Made by a program: the position numbers and the translations under genes
Shown here: piece after piece, positions 50,701 to 64,000 of the stretch
How the letters are laid out: the number at the start of each line of letters is the position of its first letter
Position numbering within the stretch: the first letter of the stretch is position 1
Source of the DNA: Ginglymostoma cirratum
Taxonomy: Eukaryota
Length of the DNA: 64,000 bases
NCBI GenBank assembly: GCA_024137785.1
Contig: JAHRHZ010000144.1
Span: 38,291,729-38,355,728 of the forward strand
Direction: 5' to 3'
Notes under the pieces: generated by a model
What the model was told of the DNA's origin: nothing
Seen by the model: the letters and a program-made list of their open reading frames with translations, nothing else
The model's database searches: none

Positions 50701-53700
50701 TTGCTGGTTATCATGAAACAAGCCTTGCTGTTACTCTACGGCAATTGCCTGGATTGCGCTTTGAGTAAACAAAATAATTTAATTGTATCAAGCGGTCCTC
50801 TATGATATAGCATAATTGTTCATTTCAATGTACTCAAATAAAACCTGTATCATAACACCCCTAGTATGACAAAAAATACTCATAAAATATTACGACTGCA
50901 GACACACAGGAATTAACGGCTATGAAATCTTTGAACTATAAAGTTTCCTGGTATGTAGGGGAAAGGATTACAATATCAAATACAGTTATCATGAGAGTAC
51001 ACTCAACTCATGCAGACCCGGGTTTTAATATAGGAAAGGTTATATTGATAGCAACTAAAAAGTGAATTGACTGATTAGTCTCAAAACGATACTTCAATGT
51101 TTAATAACGTAGTTATAAGCTGTTTATGGGAGAAATGTTACACACAATTCTCCCTAAATTAGGTCTAATGATGGAGCTTAATTAAAACCTCGTAATACAT
51201 TAAAGCCCCAATGTGGGATGTGATTTGCTGGAAGGATTGTATACAGGGCAAGCTTTTGAATGTTAGTTTTAACCAGGAACATGAAGGCTGCATTATTGTA
51301 TTTGCACCGATTGCAACATTACACAAAGCAATGGTTCCCTTCTCTACAGACACATGTCAACAACAACTTCATTGTCAAAATAATGGAAAGAGCAATTAAG
51401 TTCGAAAACAATTGTCGCGTAATTTTAAAATCTTTGTAATGTAAGTGTTTCGATGGAACGATTTGTTTCTTTGTTTTTCTTGTAGGGTTAACCAAGCTGC
51501 TGGCCCTGTGCTTTGATGGAGGCTCACATTTCTGCTTTCAGACTTCCCTCTAGCATAAATTGGTATGGTCTTCTGACCATGAAACCGCCAGCCAATTGTT
51601 CCTTAACTTTCACCTTGAATCTTTTGACCGTTTTGCCACACTCAGAACTCAAATTGAAAGGTTATTAACTTGAAGCGCCTGTTATTAGTTTCAGCGTGAG
51701 CTTTTGTTTAAGATTTATCAGATAAATGTAGTAAAGATTGAAAGAAACTATACCCTTTAGCCGAAATATTCCATAAACACCCGGCTAAAATACGCCCAGA
51801 AGCGTCCGTCGTCCTACATTGGTTTGGCACCACAATAGTGCAAAGAAAATTTCGCATGTTACTGTCATGTTACATGTAGATACTTCGGAAATATTTTGGG
51901 TTGCTGGGCGCTTTCAGTTAAATTGTGAGTGAAAGCTAAATTGTATTGAATACGATTGCCGCGTAAATTACGTCTGACTACAAATTGCGAGCTACTAGCA
52001 ACTGAGTGCCACATATTAAAATCAATTCACTCCTTGTCACATTAAATAAGCTGTTGCGTATGTGCTATCAGTAACGACCATGTGGATCAAGAAACATTTG
52101 AACGTCTTGGAATATTAGTATGCTTATGCTTTAAATCCAATGCATTTTGTGTATTCAGTCAACAGTTTATCTGAGTAACTAACGTAATGTCACCATCTTG
52201 TAAGATAACTGGACAGGAAAATATCTTCCTTTCAAAGCACTTATTAGTCATTAAAAGTACATTAATTATATAAGTGCAAAACAAATTTTCCTCATACAAT
52301 TTGGATAAAATACACGGAACTAACGAGAATATTGTGGCCATTCGATAATAGGCCTGCCTTTCCACAATCAGGCAATAACCTCTTCTTCTGAAACCTCCTT
52401 TTGGGCAAATAGGAAATTTAAAGCAAAATAACCTATTGAATACTCAAGCATTAATGCTGTTGGAACGGGAATTAGTGACTATCATGAGTACTGCAATCAA
52501 TCACTTCTTACGATTTTGAAAGATGTGTATATGCGTTCAGTCTGTTTTACAAGACTTTGCGGATTATTCCCTGTCGTACAGTAGAATATTGCAAAATGGT
52601 AAAGCACTTTATCATGAAAGAGGAATAAATATCCTGTTGATTGTGGATTGTGAATGTGAAACAAACGGAGAGTATACACTGCCATTAGATTGGGAAATTA
52701 TGCTGTGTTTTTGATTCCACTTAAATGGCTTATACAAAATTGCCGCCAGATATTTCTTGTTACCAACACTGAGAGAATGTTGTCAATATTGGTTTTGTCC
52801 TTGCAGTAAACACTCCTTAAACGCTCAATTTTTCACTTCTACAAAAGAAGGTAGCAATTTAACAGACAGCAAACATGTTAACAGCGTTCCTTTGATATTT
52901 TGAGAATAACGAATCCAATGGTTAAACATAAGTCATCACCGAGGTGAAATGTATAGCCTGAAATGTTACTTGACTATCCAACATTATTCATTTCAAAACC
53001 GTACTAAAACTATCTAGATTATGCAGACGTTACAAGGTGGAATGCAGTATTGAGAAAGAGCTGATTCAAATAGTGCGCTGCCATTCAAACCGAACACATC
53101 ACCAGGAAGTAAACGTAAGCATTTAGTATTTTGCGAAATATTGGCTGTTTGATTTTTTTACATGGCTTCGCCTAATTTCCCAATCTAACGGTAGCGTATC
53201 CTCTCCGTTACTTTTTTTTCTGCATTCACAATGATAGCTTTTTTTTAGAGAATAATACATCAGCTCGGATTTGTTGCATGTTCCCGTTTTTCTTCGGCGC
53301 CATTACTTTGTAACTTCATGCATTTTAATCTCAACAAAATCCGATCAACAAGATTCAGCGAATACACCGAGTGAAAACTAATAAATCTTTCCAAATAATG
53401 TAATTGGCAAATTAGTTTTATTTTTTCCGGACTCATTACGATGAAAAAATTTAGGCCTTAGTCTTTGAAACCAACAGTAAAATAATCAAACTTACGACTG
53501 CAGTGAATTGACTTACATTTAATTCCATACTTCGACACGATGTTCCAGATATATGACAAAAGCAAGGAGAACTTAATTACTTGGAATATTGACATTATTT
53601 CAGATAATTTCCTATTCATCCCGAAAGCTGTTTTCAAGGTATAGGTGGTCTGGGCTGAACAGTAGCGTTACAGCGCGCCGCCGTGTGGTCATTTGCAGAA

Positions 53701-54310
53701 ATAACCACGCTGGCGATCATTGTAAACTACTAGCCTTACTGTTTTGACATCTTCTTTTAAAACAGCTTAATTAAATTATATATGTTATGGCAATTAAGTA
53801 AGATATTCAGACTGTAAAATCATGGTTAGATCAGTATGGTGCGTTATATAGACACAGAGAAAGTAGAAAGGCCGCGCTTGCTTCGGAAATTCTATTGAAA
53901 CGTAAATTATATTTCCCCACATTTCCATGGAAACAGAAACATTCGTGGCCGGTGGGTATACTATAGGGACATATGATGAAGATTTTTGACCAGTTCAGCT
54001 TGCATGAGAATAGCCAATAGGGAAAGATGCTGCTCCCAACGGCTAAGCATAGGAGAACAAAGGAACCTTCGTATTTAATAACGTTGCACAAAAGACCTAA
54101 GTGTGTATTATTGAATGCAACTTCTCGCAAACTCAACTGCTCATCTACATTAGGAAAACTGATTTTTCATATTGGTCCTTCTGTAGGCTTCAGCAGGAGC
54201 ACTTTGGTAACACATTGTAATAATGTTGAAGTAACATGTTAAAGCTTTTGTCTCTAGGAGGGAAACTGTAAGAACAACCCAACAGCCACCAGGCGCCTCT
54301 GTCTTCCAAA

Positions 54311-54354
54311 AGGTTAAAGGTGACGACCTTGACATTATAGAAGTTCAAAGGCAA
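54311..54354 (+). promoter_or_regulatory. Bipartite nuclear receptor element, probable Hoxd11 region IX homologue
   Basis: Two DR1-like repeats: AGGTTA-a-AGGTGA (54311-54323) and AGTTCA-a-AGGCAA (54342-54354), about 1.6 kb 3' of the HoxD11 stop. Confidence 0.55.
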
Positions 54355-55967
54355 CATTGTACGAATTCTCTGTTCGAAACATACTTTAACGTACTCACGA
54401 GCAGATGTTACTTCTTTCAGTTTCATTTGAATCTGCATTAAGTCCAACCAATATGTTTGATGCAACTTATCTGAGATCATGTTTCTTGAAAAAAAACTTT
54501 TTCAAATGGTGCACGTTATAAATGTAACTGCTTTTATGTTTTCCTTCGTTTTCAAATCTATTTTCATCGATTTCTTTCTGTTCTTTTGTTTGCTATATAG
54601 TGCAGGACCTTTCCTTAGTGAGTAGAAGGTGTAATAAGTCGCCATTAAACTGGTAAGAGCGGTCAACTTTACGATGTTGTCTAGACAGTTCAAGGTTTTG
54701 TAAACAGCAATGCTATGTCATGCGGCACGAAAACTTGGCAATTCGTTTTCGAAATAAAATGGAAACATTTTGAGAAGTCTCGCTCACTTCTTCGTCACTG
54801 AGACACTGAAGTTAGTTTCAAGTTATCATATGCTGTTTATAATTTAACTTCACCTCAACTTCAGATTTCAGATTCTTTTTAAAAATAGCTGCAATTGACT
54901 TTTTGTACAAGAAAATGAAACTTGTCAATTCAGTCCCAGACCAAAACACCCCTCATCTAATTATGGATACAAAAATTGTAATTAATTATCATACTTACAG
55001 GCAAAACACTAAATAAAAGTTCTGCCTTCCTTTTTAAACAAAAACATTCGCCAAAAAGCGCAATGTTTAAGCTGGGCATTAAATTGCAAAATAAACACAA
55101 AAAATGCTGGACGGACCCAGCATTTCAGGCACCATCTGGTATATTTCAGATTTCCAACATCCGCATTACTTTGGCTTTTGCGCAATAAATTGCAAAGTGT
55201 GCACTGCATTTCAGAGATAAATAGTATTTGCTTCCATTGGGACAATTTGAGGTCCTAAGTTAAGATCGTTTAGTACAGTCTAGCCACTTATTCATTAAAA
55301 AAAAACTTTATTAATAAGTTTTTTAAGTAAGGTTTTTATTGACTTGAGACAAAAAGACATTTTAACACATGCATCTACCATGAAATGTCAATTAGTTTGC
55401 AACCTTAAAACAAAATTATTATCATTACAACAGCATTAGACATCTCTACCTACAGTATTGTTTAATTACTTAATGAAATACAACAGAATAAGTAAAATAA
55501 TAAATAGGAATATATTTTGAATGAGGATAAACACAGCTTGAACAAGTATGGTTAGTGTGGCTGCACAATGACTATAACAGAAATAAAAAAATACTATATT
55601 ATCTGATTGACCTATCGCTTTGAACGAAAGATTGCTCCATTTCAGCCCTTTATTACTCCTGTTTATTGTTCAAAATAAACGATTGTATTCGACCTGATTA
55701 TTCCGCAGAATCGAAATTCTTCCGTTGGAACTGAATAACAGAAATGCTGAGGTAACAATGTTCTCTGATAAACATTACGGTCATGGTTCCCGCACAACCG
55801 TGGCACCTTAGATCCGATTTTACATCGATCGTAGCAAGGACAGTTTTCTCTCCGCACAACAACAAAACTATCCTGTCATCCTTGCAGTCACTCCATCTGT
55901 AAATAAATATTGACTAAGGCAAAGGGGAATTGCTGAAAGATCATCCACAGCGTAAAATGTATCACAG

Positions 55968-56200
55968 TCACAATAAAGGATTGGCAGTAAAAAAGTGCAG
56001 CCGGTCTCTGCTGAGTTTCTTTTCTTTCATTCTTCGATTCTGGAACCAGATTTTGACTTGTCGATCGGTGAGATTTAACATTCTCGACAACTGTAAGCGT
56101 TTCTCTTTGTTTATGTAAACGTTGAAGAAAAATTCTCGTTCAAGTTCCCGGATTTGATACTTTGTATAAGGGCATCTCTTCTTTCTGCATCGCAGGGGTC
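55968..56200 (-). CDS. hoxd11: Homeobox protein HoxD11, exon 2 (homeodomain)
   Basis: Read by hand: [77 protein letters not shown]. Confidence 0.97.
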
Positions 56201-56725
56201 CTGATGGAAGTAGGTTTTAAAAATAACGTTACAAACGACCATACCCAACAAATTTGCTCTTAAACTCCTTGTACTTAAATTCGACACCAAGCTATCATTT
56301 ACGTCCTAATTTCAATATGTATTGTTTGATAAAGTTTTGTTTTGGAAACGAATACACTTAATTACATTTTCTCTTCCCAAAATTTCAACTGAAAGCGGCA
56401 ATAGCAGGAGACACATAATCACAATACACCCTGTTAGCATGAAAGGAATGTACTTGCAATCAATAGAAACAAGAAAGAAATCCTTTGGTCAAATCGCAAT
56501 GATATTACCGAAGTCGTTCTATAATGGTAAAATGGCCTATTGGTGATTTTTCATATTCACGAAGCCCACCTAAACCGATTTCCCGTCGTAAACAATCTTT
56601 ACAACTTTAAAGCAGATCTTATAGGGTATATAAAAGCCTTCGTCTGCTTATAAAATTTCACATAAAATCTGTGAAACAAAATGTGTTGGCCTTGTAGTCT
56701 AACCCTGCGTTCATTCTGCACCTAC

Positions 56726-57329
56726 CAGATAGGCTGCTTTTCTCGGCTCCGATGTTACTGGAGGACTCGACGGTGTTTTTTTCGGTCGCACTTTCTTTCT
56801 CCTGGGCCGAAGAAAATTTATCAGATGCTGTGATAGTCTTGCGCTTCGATCCAGACTTTTCGGTTAACTGTTCATAACTCAAGCAGTCAGAAATCCCATA
56901 AGCTGTCTCAAAAAACTGATCAAAGCCTTGAGGAAGTATTCCATTCCTCCCCACTGCCGTGTAGAAATTGCAAGATGGGTTTGAGCCTCCACGTTGGCTG
57001 TATACAGGATCGTTTTTAAACAGCATTCCCGTCCTGGTCGGTGGTTGGATATAGTCCCTATGCATTATTTCTTCTGCAGAACAGTAAGAGGCATAATTGC
57101 CCCTATAATGCCACTTAGTGGAGTGTTCTAATCCGTAATCTCTGAACGACATCTCTCGGACAGGTTGAACCTGGGTTAAATTAGAGGGGTAAGGAAATGT
57201 CATTTGGCAAGAAGTGCTCTGCGGTAAAAATGTTGATACTGACGAGAAGTCTGGGGCTGAAACATAGTACGTGCAGCTGGGCAAATACATACTCGAGGCG
57301 CAGCTACTACGGTCTTCAAACTCTGTCAT
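56726..57329 (-). CDS. hoxd11: Homeobox protein HoxD11, exon 1
   Basis: [30 protein letters not shown]...[16 protein letters not shown], donor G|GTAGGT, phase 1. Spliced CDS 837 nt, 278 aa. Confidence 0.96.
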
Positions 57330-57447
57330 ATTTTGTTTTCTGAGTTGCGAGGACGAATGATCAGGATCGATGATGCTAAACATGCTCCATGTATTCTCCT
57401 CTAAAAACCGACGAACAGGGTCCGCGAAAGAAAAAAATTGCAAACGC

Positions 57448-57510
57448 AAGCTGACGTGCAATTCATTCTGATTGATTCTAAGGGTAAACGAGTCATGTGA
57501 TCCAATGTCG
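57448..57510 (-). promoter_or_regulatory. Hox11 proximal promoter block
   Basis: Minus strand ATTGGATCACATGAC...ATCAATCAGAATGAATTGCACGTCAGC: CCAAT box, E-box, Pbx-type TGATTGAT on the plus strand and a CRE-like site. Confidence 0.6.
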
Positions 57511-60500
57511 AAATTACCATAGATCAGTTTTGGTCATTAAGATCCATCCTTTGCAACTCGAAGGTATTACACTCGAAATTAACCTATCGGCTTTCAGGGT
57601 CCGCTAGGTAGCTCCTTTAACTCCCAGTGCCAAAGATTTGTCCTGTGACTAAGGATAAAGCAAACACTGCAACAAAATAATTCAATTTACACACCACAGA
57701 CTGTCACAGATACCTTTCTATATTTGGAAACTTCAAAAAAAAACATCTGCGTCGTTTCATTAACTGTTGAAGTCACGCTCTATCAAATAGGGCGAACGCA
57801 AATTCTGACACTTTTAAAATGCAAAAATCAACAGTCTGTCACAAGTAAGTAAGAAGACTTCCAAGCTGAGTTTTGGCCGTGCCCCGAATCATAAGACACA
57901 GTTTTAACTCAACTGCGAAATCAGATTGACGTGATAATATAATTTTTGACTTGTGTCTCTTAGTAAGAAATTAAGCGAAAAAAAGTCTATTAAAGCTTTC
58001 ACTTTTATTTTGAAGGGAGTGTTTTTCTACATTTCCTTTTCATATGTAATATCGAGTTTGGCAAATAATAAGACCATTCTCTACTGTTCCGCTTATTTTC
58101 TCAGATTTTTAGAATTGAGGTATAGATGCTGTAGTTTATATTACACAAAATAACCATCCAATGACCGTTTCATTTTAAAGTTTTGATTAATATGAATCGT
58201 AAATATGCGAATGGAATCAGATTTTGAAGTTTGTTGTCTTGAGAACTGCAGCAACACATTGTATTAATATGGTTGCGCTGCAACATTAAGATTACTCCTT
58301 GCCACAAATTGAGATTATTCCTAAAACATCAGATTTGATCGTTGCGTAAAATCTTCACTGTAATTCCAATAGATCATATTCGTGATTTACATAAATTAAA
58401 ACCCACCGATGGAAGTTGAATATGGAAGCTGCAGACGCTTTTTGTCGGCCGGGAATTAAAATTAGCGGTTTGTCGTGCTATTCCGTATTCTTAACCCATT
58501 TGCACAGCCTAATATATGCAACCTACCAACCAACAGGTTGACTTGGATGAAAGTAAGCACCTCACTTGAAAAGTGCTTGAATGTGCAAATGAAGACTGTC
58601 CTCTGCCCTTTTAAGTGAAGACCAGTCAAGCGAAGGACATCGTAGCGGATGCTTACGTGTAACTGTTAAATGCGAATTGATTTAAAGAGGGAAAAGGTGC
58701 ACTGAGAGAGAAAAATAATTAGAGAAATCTCTACTCATGTTCTAATTTACGTTTATTAACTCGTTAAATAATACTTGTCATTATCTATCATAACATTTAT
58801 CGCGTACCAGCAAGTAAGATGGATGTTTCTAATCGTTATTTCCTTTGGTCAGTTCCAACTGCACGAGTTATGTTGTCTCTATTTACAAATTAGTTCGAAA
58901 TTCTGTTGTAATCAAATGGAGTACCCTGCGGATAATCCCAAATAAAAATATAATCAAAGTGTAGATTTCATTGATTCTAAACGGAAGAATTGTTTGGTAG
59001 CAAAACTTGTTTTTTTTTACAAATTTTGATTCAAATTAAAATTTGGAGACCACAAATGTGTTGAATTTTGATTCGTTTGTTTCACTTGCTTCAAACTTAA
59101 CAGCCGCATTTATAAAATGCGACATCCGGCGGTTGTCGATATGAAGTATATGAAATCGTATTGCTTCAATCACTGAGGTAGAACAACACATTGTTGTCTT
59201 TGTTGGTTGTGAAATAACAACAGTAATTAATCTTAAATTAAGTTGAGTTATTTATCATTTCGCCTCTGATTACTTATACCGCAACATACAGTAAAGCCAC
59301 ATTGATATGAAGGGCGTCTGCCGAATATCATTCCTACACAACGGTTTGAAATGAGAAACACCTTGTTTATGTATTAACCCACTTTCAAAGAAATGTCTTC
59401 TTGAATGTATATTCCCTTTGTATAATTAATAATAATATCGTTGTACGTTGTGTTTATGGATTATAGAATCGGCTTAGTTATGCGCCCGTCATAATCTGAC
59501 TTTCATTGCTCCATGTAATGGCTGTAAAGCTGAAATGTGCCGGCAATGGTCTCCAATTCATTTCCAAACTAGTACGAACTAGCCAATTAAATAACATTAG
59601 TCAATGTGTTAAAAGATCCGGTTCAATACTGTGGCAAAGGCTGTAAAACAGAAAGGGAATTAAAAGTGTCCTTTGTTCTCATCTCGTGTTCAGATGACCA
59701 GTTCGGCCTGTATTGAATACTAAATGAGGACAAATATCTAACAAGCTGCTTAACATCGACAAGGGTCTAGAGGAGAGTCTGGCATACCAAGCTAAGAGTT
59801 TTACAGTTTATAAATTAGGATCGTCATTCTCTTACATGGAACAAAAGCCGATATTCGAGGAAAGTTTGGTAGGCGTATTTTTCTCTTACGCAATTCTTCA
59901 AGTCGACGAGTTGTTGTTTCACGTTGACGTTCCGGGCAAAATGTTAGCGTCTTCTTTGTGCTTTTATCTAACTGCACGCAACATTAAGTATTTCGAATGT
60001 GAAAAAAAACTCATTAGTCAAGCAAAGTCCACGTTCAGTAGGTATGTTAGACTTGTGCAACCTAAAAAGAGACACTAACTTGACCTTAACTTTGTTATGG
60101 CGCCCCCAGTATCTGGAGAACATGTACAGACACCGTCTGGCAGATCGACCCATAAAAGTGAGATGAAAAAGAGATTCTGAACGATTTCAATGTAATGTCG
60201 GACAAATTTCCAAAGCTCTGTCTCATACTGCTGCAGACCCGATCGCTTTGTTACAGCAATGCATTTTAGTTTTGGAGCGATTAACTTTGCTCACAATTAT
60301 CAAACAAATTAATGTAAATATCTGTCTGGAATGATGTGCCACATTTATTTGCACTCGCCGTATAATTGGTAAGGAAAAAAATCAGAAATTCAGCACCAGG
60401 CTCAGGTTTCATCAACCCAAAATAAAACAGCAGCCGTTGGAAGAGCAGAGTGATTCTGAACTTGGTCCGTTTCTTGTTCCATTTGAAAGGCAACTGACAA

Positions 60501-63500
60501 CGCTGAAATGCTGGACTATCAGGATATTTTAAGTTCACATTTGAGCCAGAAATGTAATCGCGCTGATAACGCTAAAATTTCAATATTGACGGATGCATAG
60601 TAGCGTAGATTTTGAAATAAACCTTACGTGTCGATAAAAGTACAGAAAATGTGTAAGACCTTCTAAAAATTGGGCGGGCATTCTTGGCTTCAAACGAATC
60701 GGTGACTGGATTTGATTCTCATTATTGTTTTTAATGTGGAGCTCGCGGGTGCCCTTCTCGCGTTCGGTAGAAGCTCCTTCAGACTTAGTCGCCCATACTG
60801 CTGACCTAAGCAGTGTTTTTATTAGATCATGGTGCCTCCAAAACAAGCTCCCCAAATTCAATGGGCTGGAAGTACACATTTACGTTAATTCTACCCAAAT
60901 CTCTAAAACGTATGCAATGGAATATTCTGCACACAATCGTTTTTCATTGCACTTTTAATAAAGATTCATGCAATCTCATCCGAAAGTTTGCAAGCCGATT
61001 GAAATGAACCTTTGATCATCTCAATACATATTTTACATTCAACTGTAATGGAGGAACATTCACTTAATTGTATGTGGTTTGAAAGTTTTCACATTGCACC
61101 TGCCTTTCTGAAATGTAAAACGATTGGACAATCACAGTAATATTTATTTCTGTTGTCATAATCCTAACAATACAAAAACTATAGTTCAATGCATCTGTGC
61201 TGTGTCAATTTCATTGACTTGAAACAAACAAAAAGCCCAGAGACAAGGGGTATGAAATGTTGCTTTAACACTAGCAAATAATTGAGAGGCAACATTGAAT
61301 CAAATTAATGTTACTTAAAATATGTGCATGCTGTTTGTAGCGCAAAAGTCGCATTTAAATAGCTTGCCTGAAAAAAAGTGCCTGAATTTCACAACATCGC
61401 TCAAATTAGACATTATTATCTGGACATATTTAAGGGGCTTTGCTGATTAATTCTAAGCAGGTACCCGGTAAAATGCCCAGAATTGAATAGCTAGCTGCAT
61501 TTTATCAGAGAACATTTATTTGCATTGATATATTTCAATAAAATGTCTTAAGAGGTTCATGAAATCGCGAAGTGCATGTTTAATTAATAGGAGTCCAGAG
61601 AAATGGCGGGGTTAGAGGTAATGGCTGTTCCTGCCCACCCACATCCTGAGTTGCTCGAATGAGAAGCGAAATGACTGCAACTCATTCATTGTCGGTTATG
61701 TCTTTTCATAGCTGCCGAGCTCAAATGTAAAGTGCGTCTCTATCAAACTACATTTTAACAAACGTACATATTCGCATCAAAGCATAACTTCAAACTTTTG
61801 AATTAATTAAAAATCAACCATACTTGAAACCGTCAAATGAGAGGGCCCGAGCATGGCTTTGTCATAAAAGGAACGCTGTAATAATAATTATGGAAAAGGG
61901 TTGATAGCCCTTGATTCCGTTTTCTTAAAAGCAAACACTATTGCCAACATTTTGAACTGTTTCATGAAAAAAAAAGACCCAAGTGCAGTTTGAATCGTAG
62001 TCAACCTGTGTGACAGGAAGGAAAACGTATTCACGTTTCAAGTGAAACAGATACGTGGCGCCCCGCATCCGTATGGAATTATATTCAATTTGCAGCAAAG
62101 GAAAGATTATTTCATTTTATAGCATTTCGTAAAAGCCTGTCTTAAATTTTTCTGCCGTTGAAGAATTTGATTTGTTATAAACTAATAGAAACGCCTTATT
62201 TAGCGGGGCACTTACCTTGTCGGTTAAAATAGGCGTGAGCCCTTAGTAAAAATAGTAACGGTGCTGAAACCAATGTTGAACAGTTTGTTGCAAAATCAAA
62301 CTCCATCTGAATAAAAATAGATATCCCCAGGATGTCTGCACTGTGAGCTTTCTATTGTCGCTCCGGCCTTGCTTTACTACGAGAACATAACCGAAGGCAG
62401 TTATTGTCTCAGTTCGTGTGGATATAATCTCCATAAATGTTGTTGTTCTCCATGCTTGGAATTTCCAATTACTCGAGATTTTGCACAGTTAAATTCCGAC
62501 TAGATCGGCAAAATGCAAGTTTGCATATCTCCTGTAGAAAATTGACAAACAGTACTTGGGCGCACGATATTTAGACAATATTATTTGAATACTAATGCAA
62601 TCATTTGAAAGCTATTAGTTACGAAACTATATCCTCTGAAATGCATCTAAACGACGATTTAAATTTCCAGCGCTCTAATCAAAGCGCGGTGTATACTAAT
62701 GCTTTCAGATTTGACCGCTAGTGTATAAATATTGGAACTTATTCACAAATTAGGTAGTGAAATAATATGTTTCTGGGACGAATGAACCAATAAATCAATC
62801 GTAGAAAAATGCAAGCTGTGTTTCTTTAATTTTATTTTGTTCAATACGATCCTTTAAAGAACTCAGGAAAAGTACAATTTCGTAACAGTTTTCGCACCCG
62901 TGTGTTTTCATTCATTATTTGTCATTTCTGGCACAGTTGATCATTTATGTAATTTTATGGTCAGGTTTCATGTGCAATTTCAGCAGAACAACTTCGGGAT
63001 TATGAAACCGAGGTCGCTGGAACTTTGAAAACAATTCGGCGTCAAGACACTGGTCAGTCACAACATATCAACAATACCAACACATTTCCAATCGTCTAAT
63101 TGAAGTCATCGCATACTGCTATCGTGCAGTGTGGAAATGCAGTTTTCGAAAATCAAATGTGACACTCCTGACTGCTTTGCGTATTTATCAGATATGAGTT
63201 AATCCACTGTCCAGCTCCAGCTTCACAGCAAGATTACAAAACATGAACTGTATATACAAATGAAAGAAATGCTTCGTCGTTCATTTTATTAGAACTAAAT
63301 GTACATAGGTAGAGTGCATGCATAATAGTTATATATTTAAGATTTATATTCCAACGTTCCATTCTAATGACCTGTTGTACTTACATTCTCAAATGCAGAA
63401 TATCTGCTTTTTACTCGAACGGAGTCATGTGAAAATTTAAACAAATGGAGGAATCAAAACAATGACAAATGTCTTTGAAACTAAGAAATGACGATGAGAA

Positions 63501-63839
63501 GAGGCCGGCACGTTATCCATGAACAGCAAAGTACAGACCACAACAAGTCAAATTTGTGCCTTACGATAATTTCCTGCTATGGCAAATGTTCACGAGGTAT
63601 CCACAGTTTGCATCTCAGTCCCTGTATGTCGCTGATGTTTATCTAAACCAACACGCCCTGGACTAGTGGCATTGGCAATGTAATGTAAAATTGCTGTTTT
63701 ATATGACAGCACGTCAAAGGAGCACCTATCCATTAAAACAATGGATATTCTTGATCTACATGCTTTCTGTAAGCAAGCTTAGTTAGCATTAAAAGTTCAA
63801 TTTGCGACCTTGAAACTCACATATGAACTTTACTTTGGC

Positions 63840-64000
63840 CTAAAAGAGTGAGAGTGTTTGTTCGCGCATAACAAGCCTTTTCTTTTTCATACGTCGGTTT
63901 TGAAACCAGATTTTTACTTGTTGGTCGCTCAGATTCAGTCTATCGGACAACTCCTTCCTCTTCTGTCGATTGATGAACTCGTTCGCCAGAAATTCATTTT
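63840..64000 (-). CDS. hoxd12: Homeobox protein HoxD12, 3' part of exon 2 (truncated by window edge)
   Basis: [52 protein letters not shown]; PG12 signature. Confidence 0.95.
   Translation of the reverse strand, partial: NEFLANEFINRQKRKELSDRLNLSDQQVKIWFQNRRMKKKRLVMREQTLSLF

Noticed and set aside
62751-62758. miR-196 8mer (ACTACCTA) downstream of HoxD12
   Set aside because: Lies beyond two candidate AATAAA signals (~63285, ~62831), so probably outside the 3' UTR.

Overview
Vertebrate HoxD cluster segment with all genes on the minus strand. From left to right: putative non-coding 5' exons/promoters of HoxD3 (its CDS is outside the window), HoxD4, miR-10b, an intact HoxD5, HoxD8, HoxD9, HoxD10, HoxD11 and the 3' end of HoxD12. 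An intact HoxD5 plus elasmobranch-type short repeats point to a cartilaginous fish, probably a shark (inference). All six complete genes have two coding exons joined by phase-1 GT-AG introns that I checked by hand. Recognisable regulatory elements include the 3' and 5' Hoxd4 DR5 RAREs, CTCF motifs and a near-perfect miR-196 site in the HoxD8 3' UTR. The most striking unexplained signal is in the HoxD5-HoxD8 gap: two heavily decayed but correctly ordered, spaced and oriented two-exon relics that look like fossil HoxD6 and HoxD7 genes. Also notable are uORFs in five of the Hox leaders (one a frame-shifted homologue of the HOXA10 N-terminal extension), NAGNAG acceptors in three genes, and a decayed minimal hammerhead ribozyme in a short repeat. 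Cross-species comparisons come from memory of known Hox sequences, not from a search.
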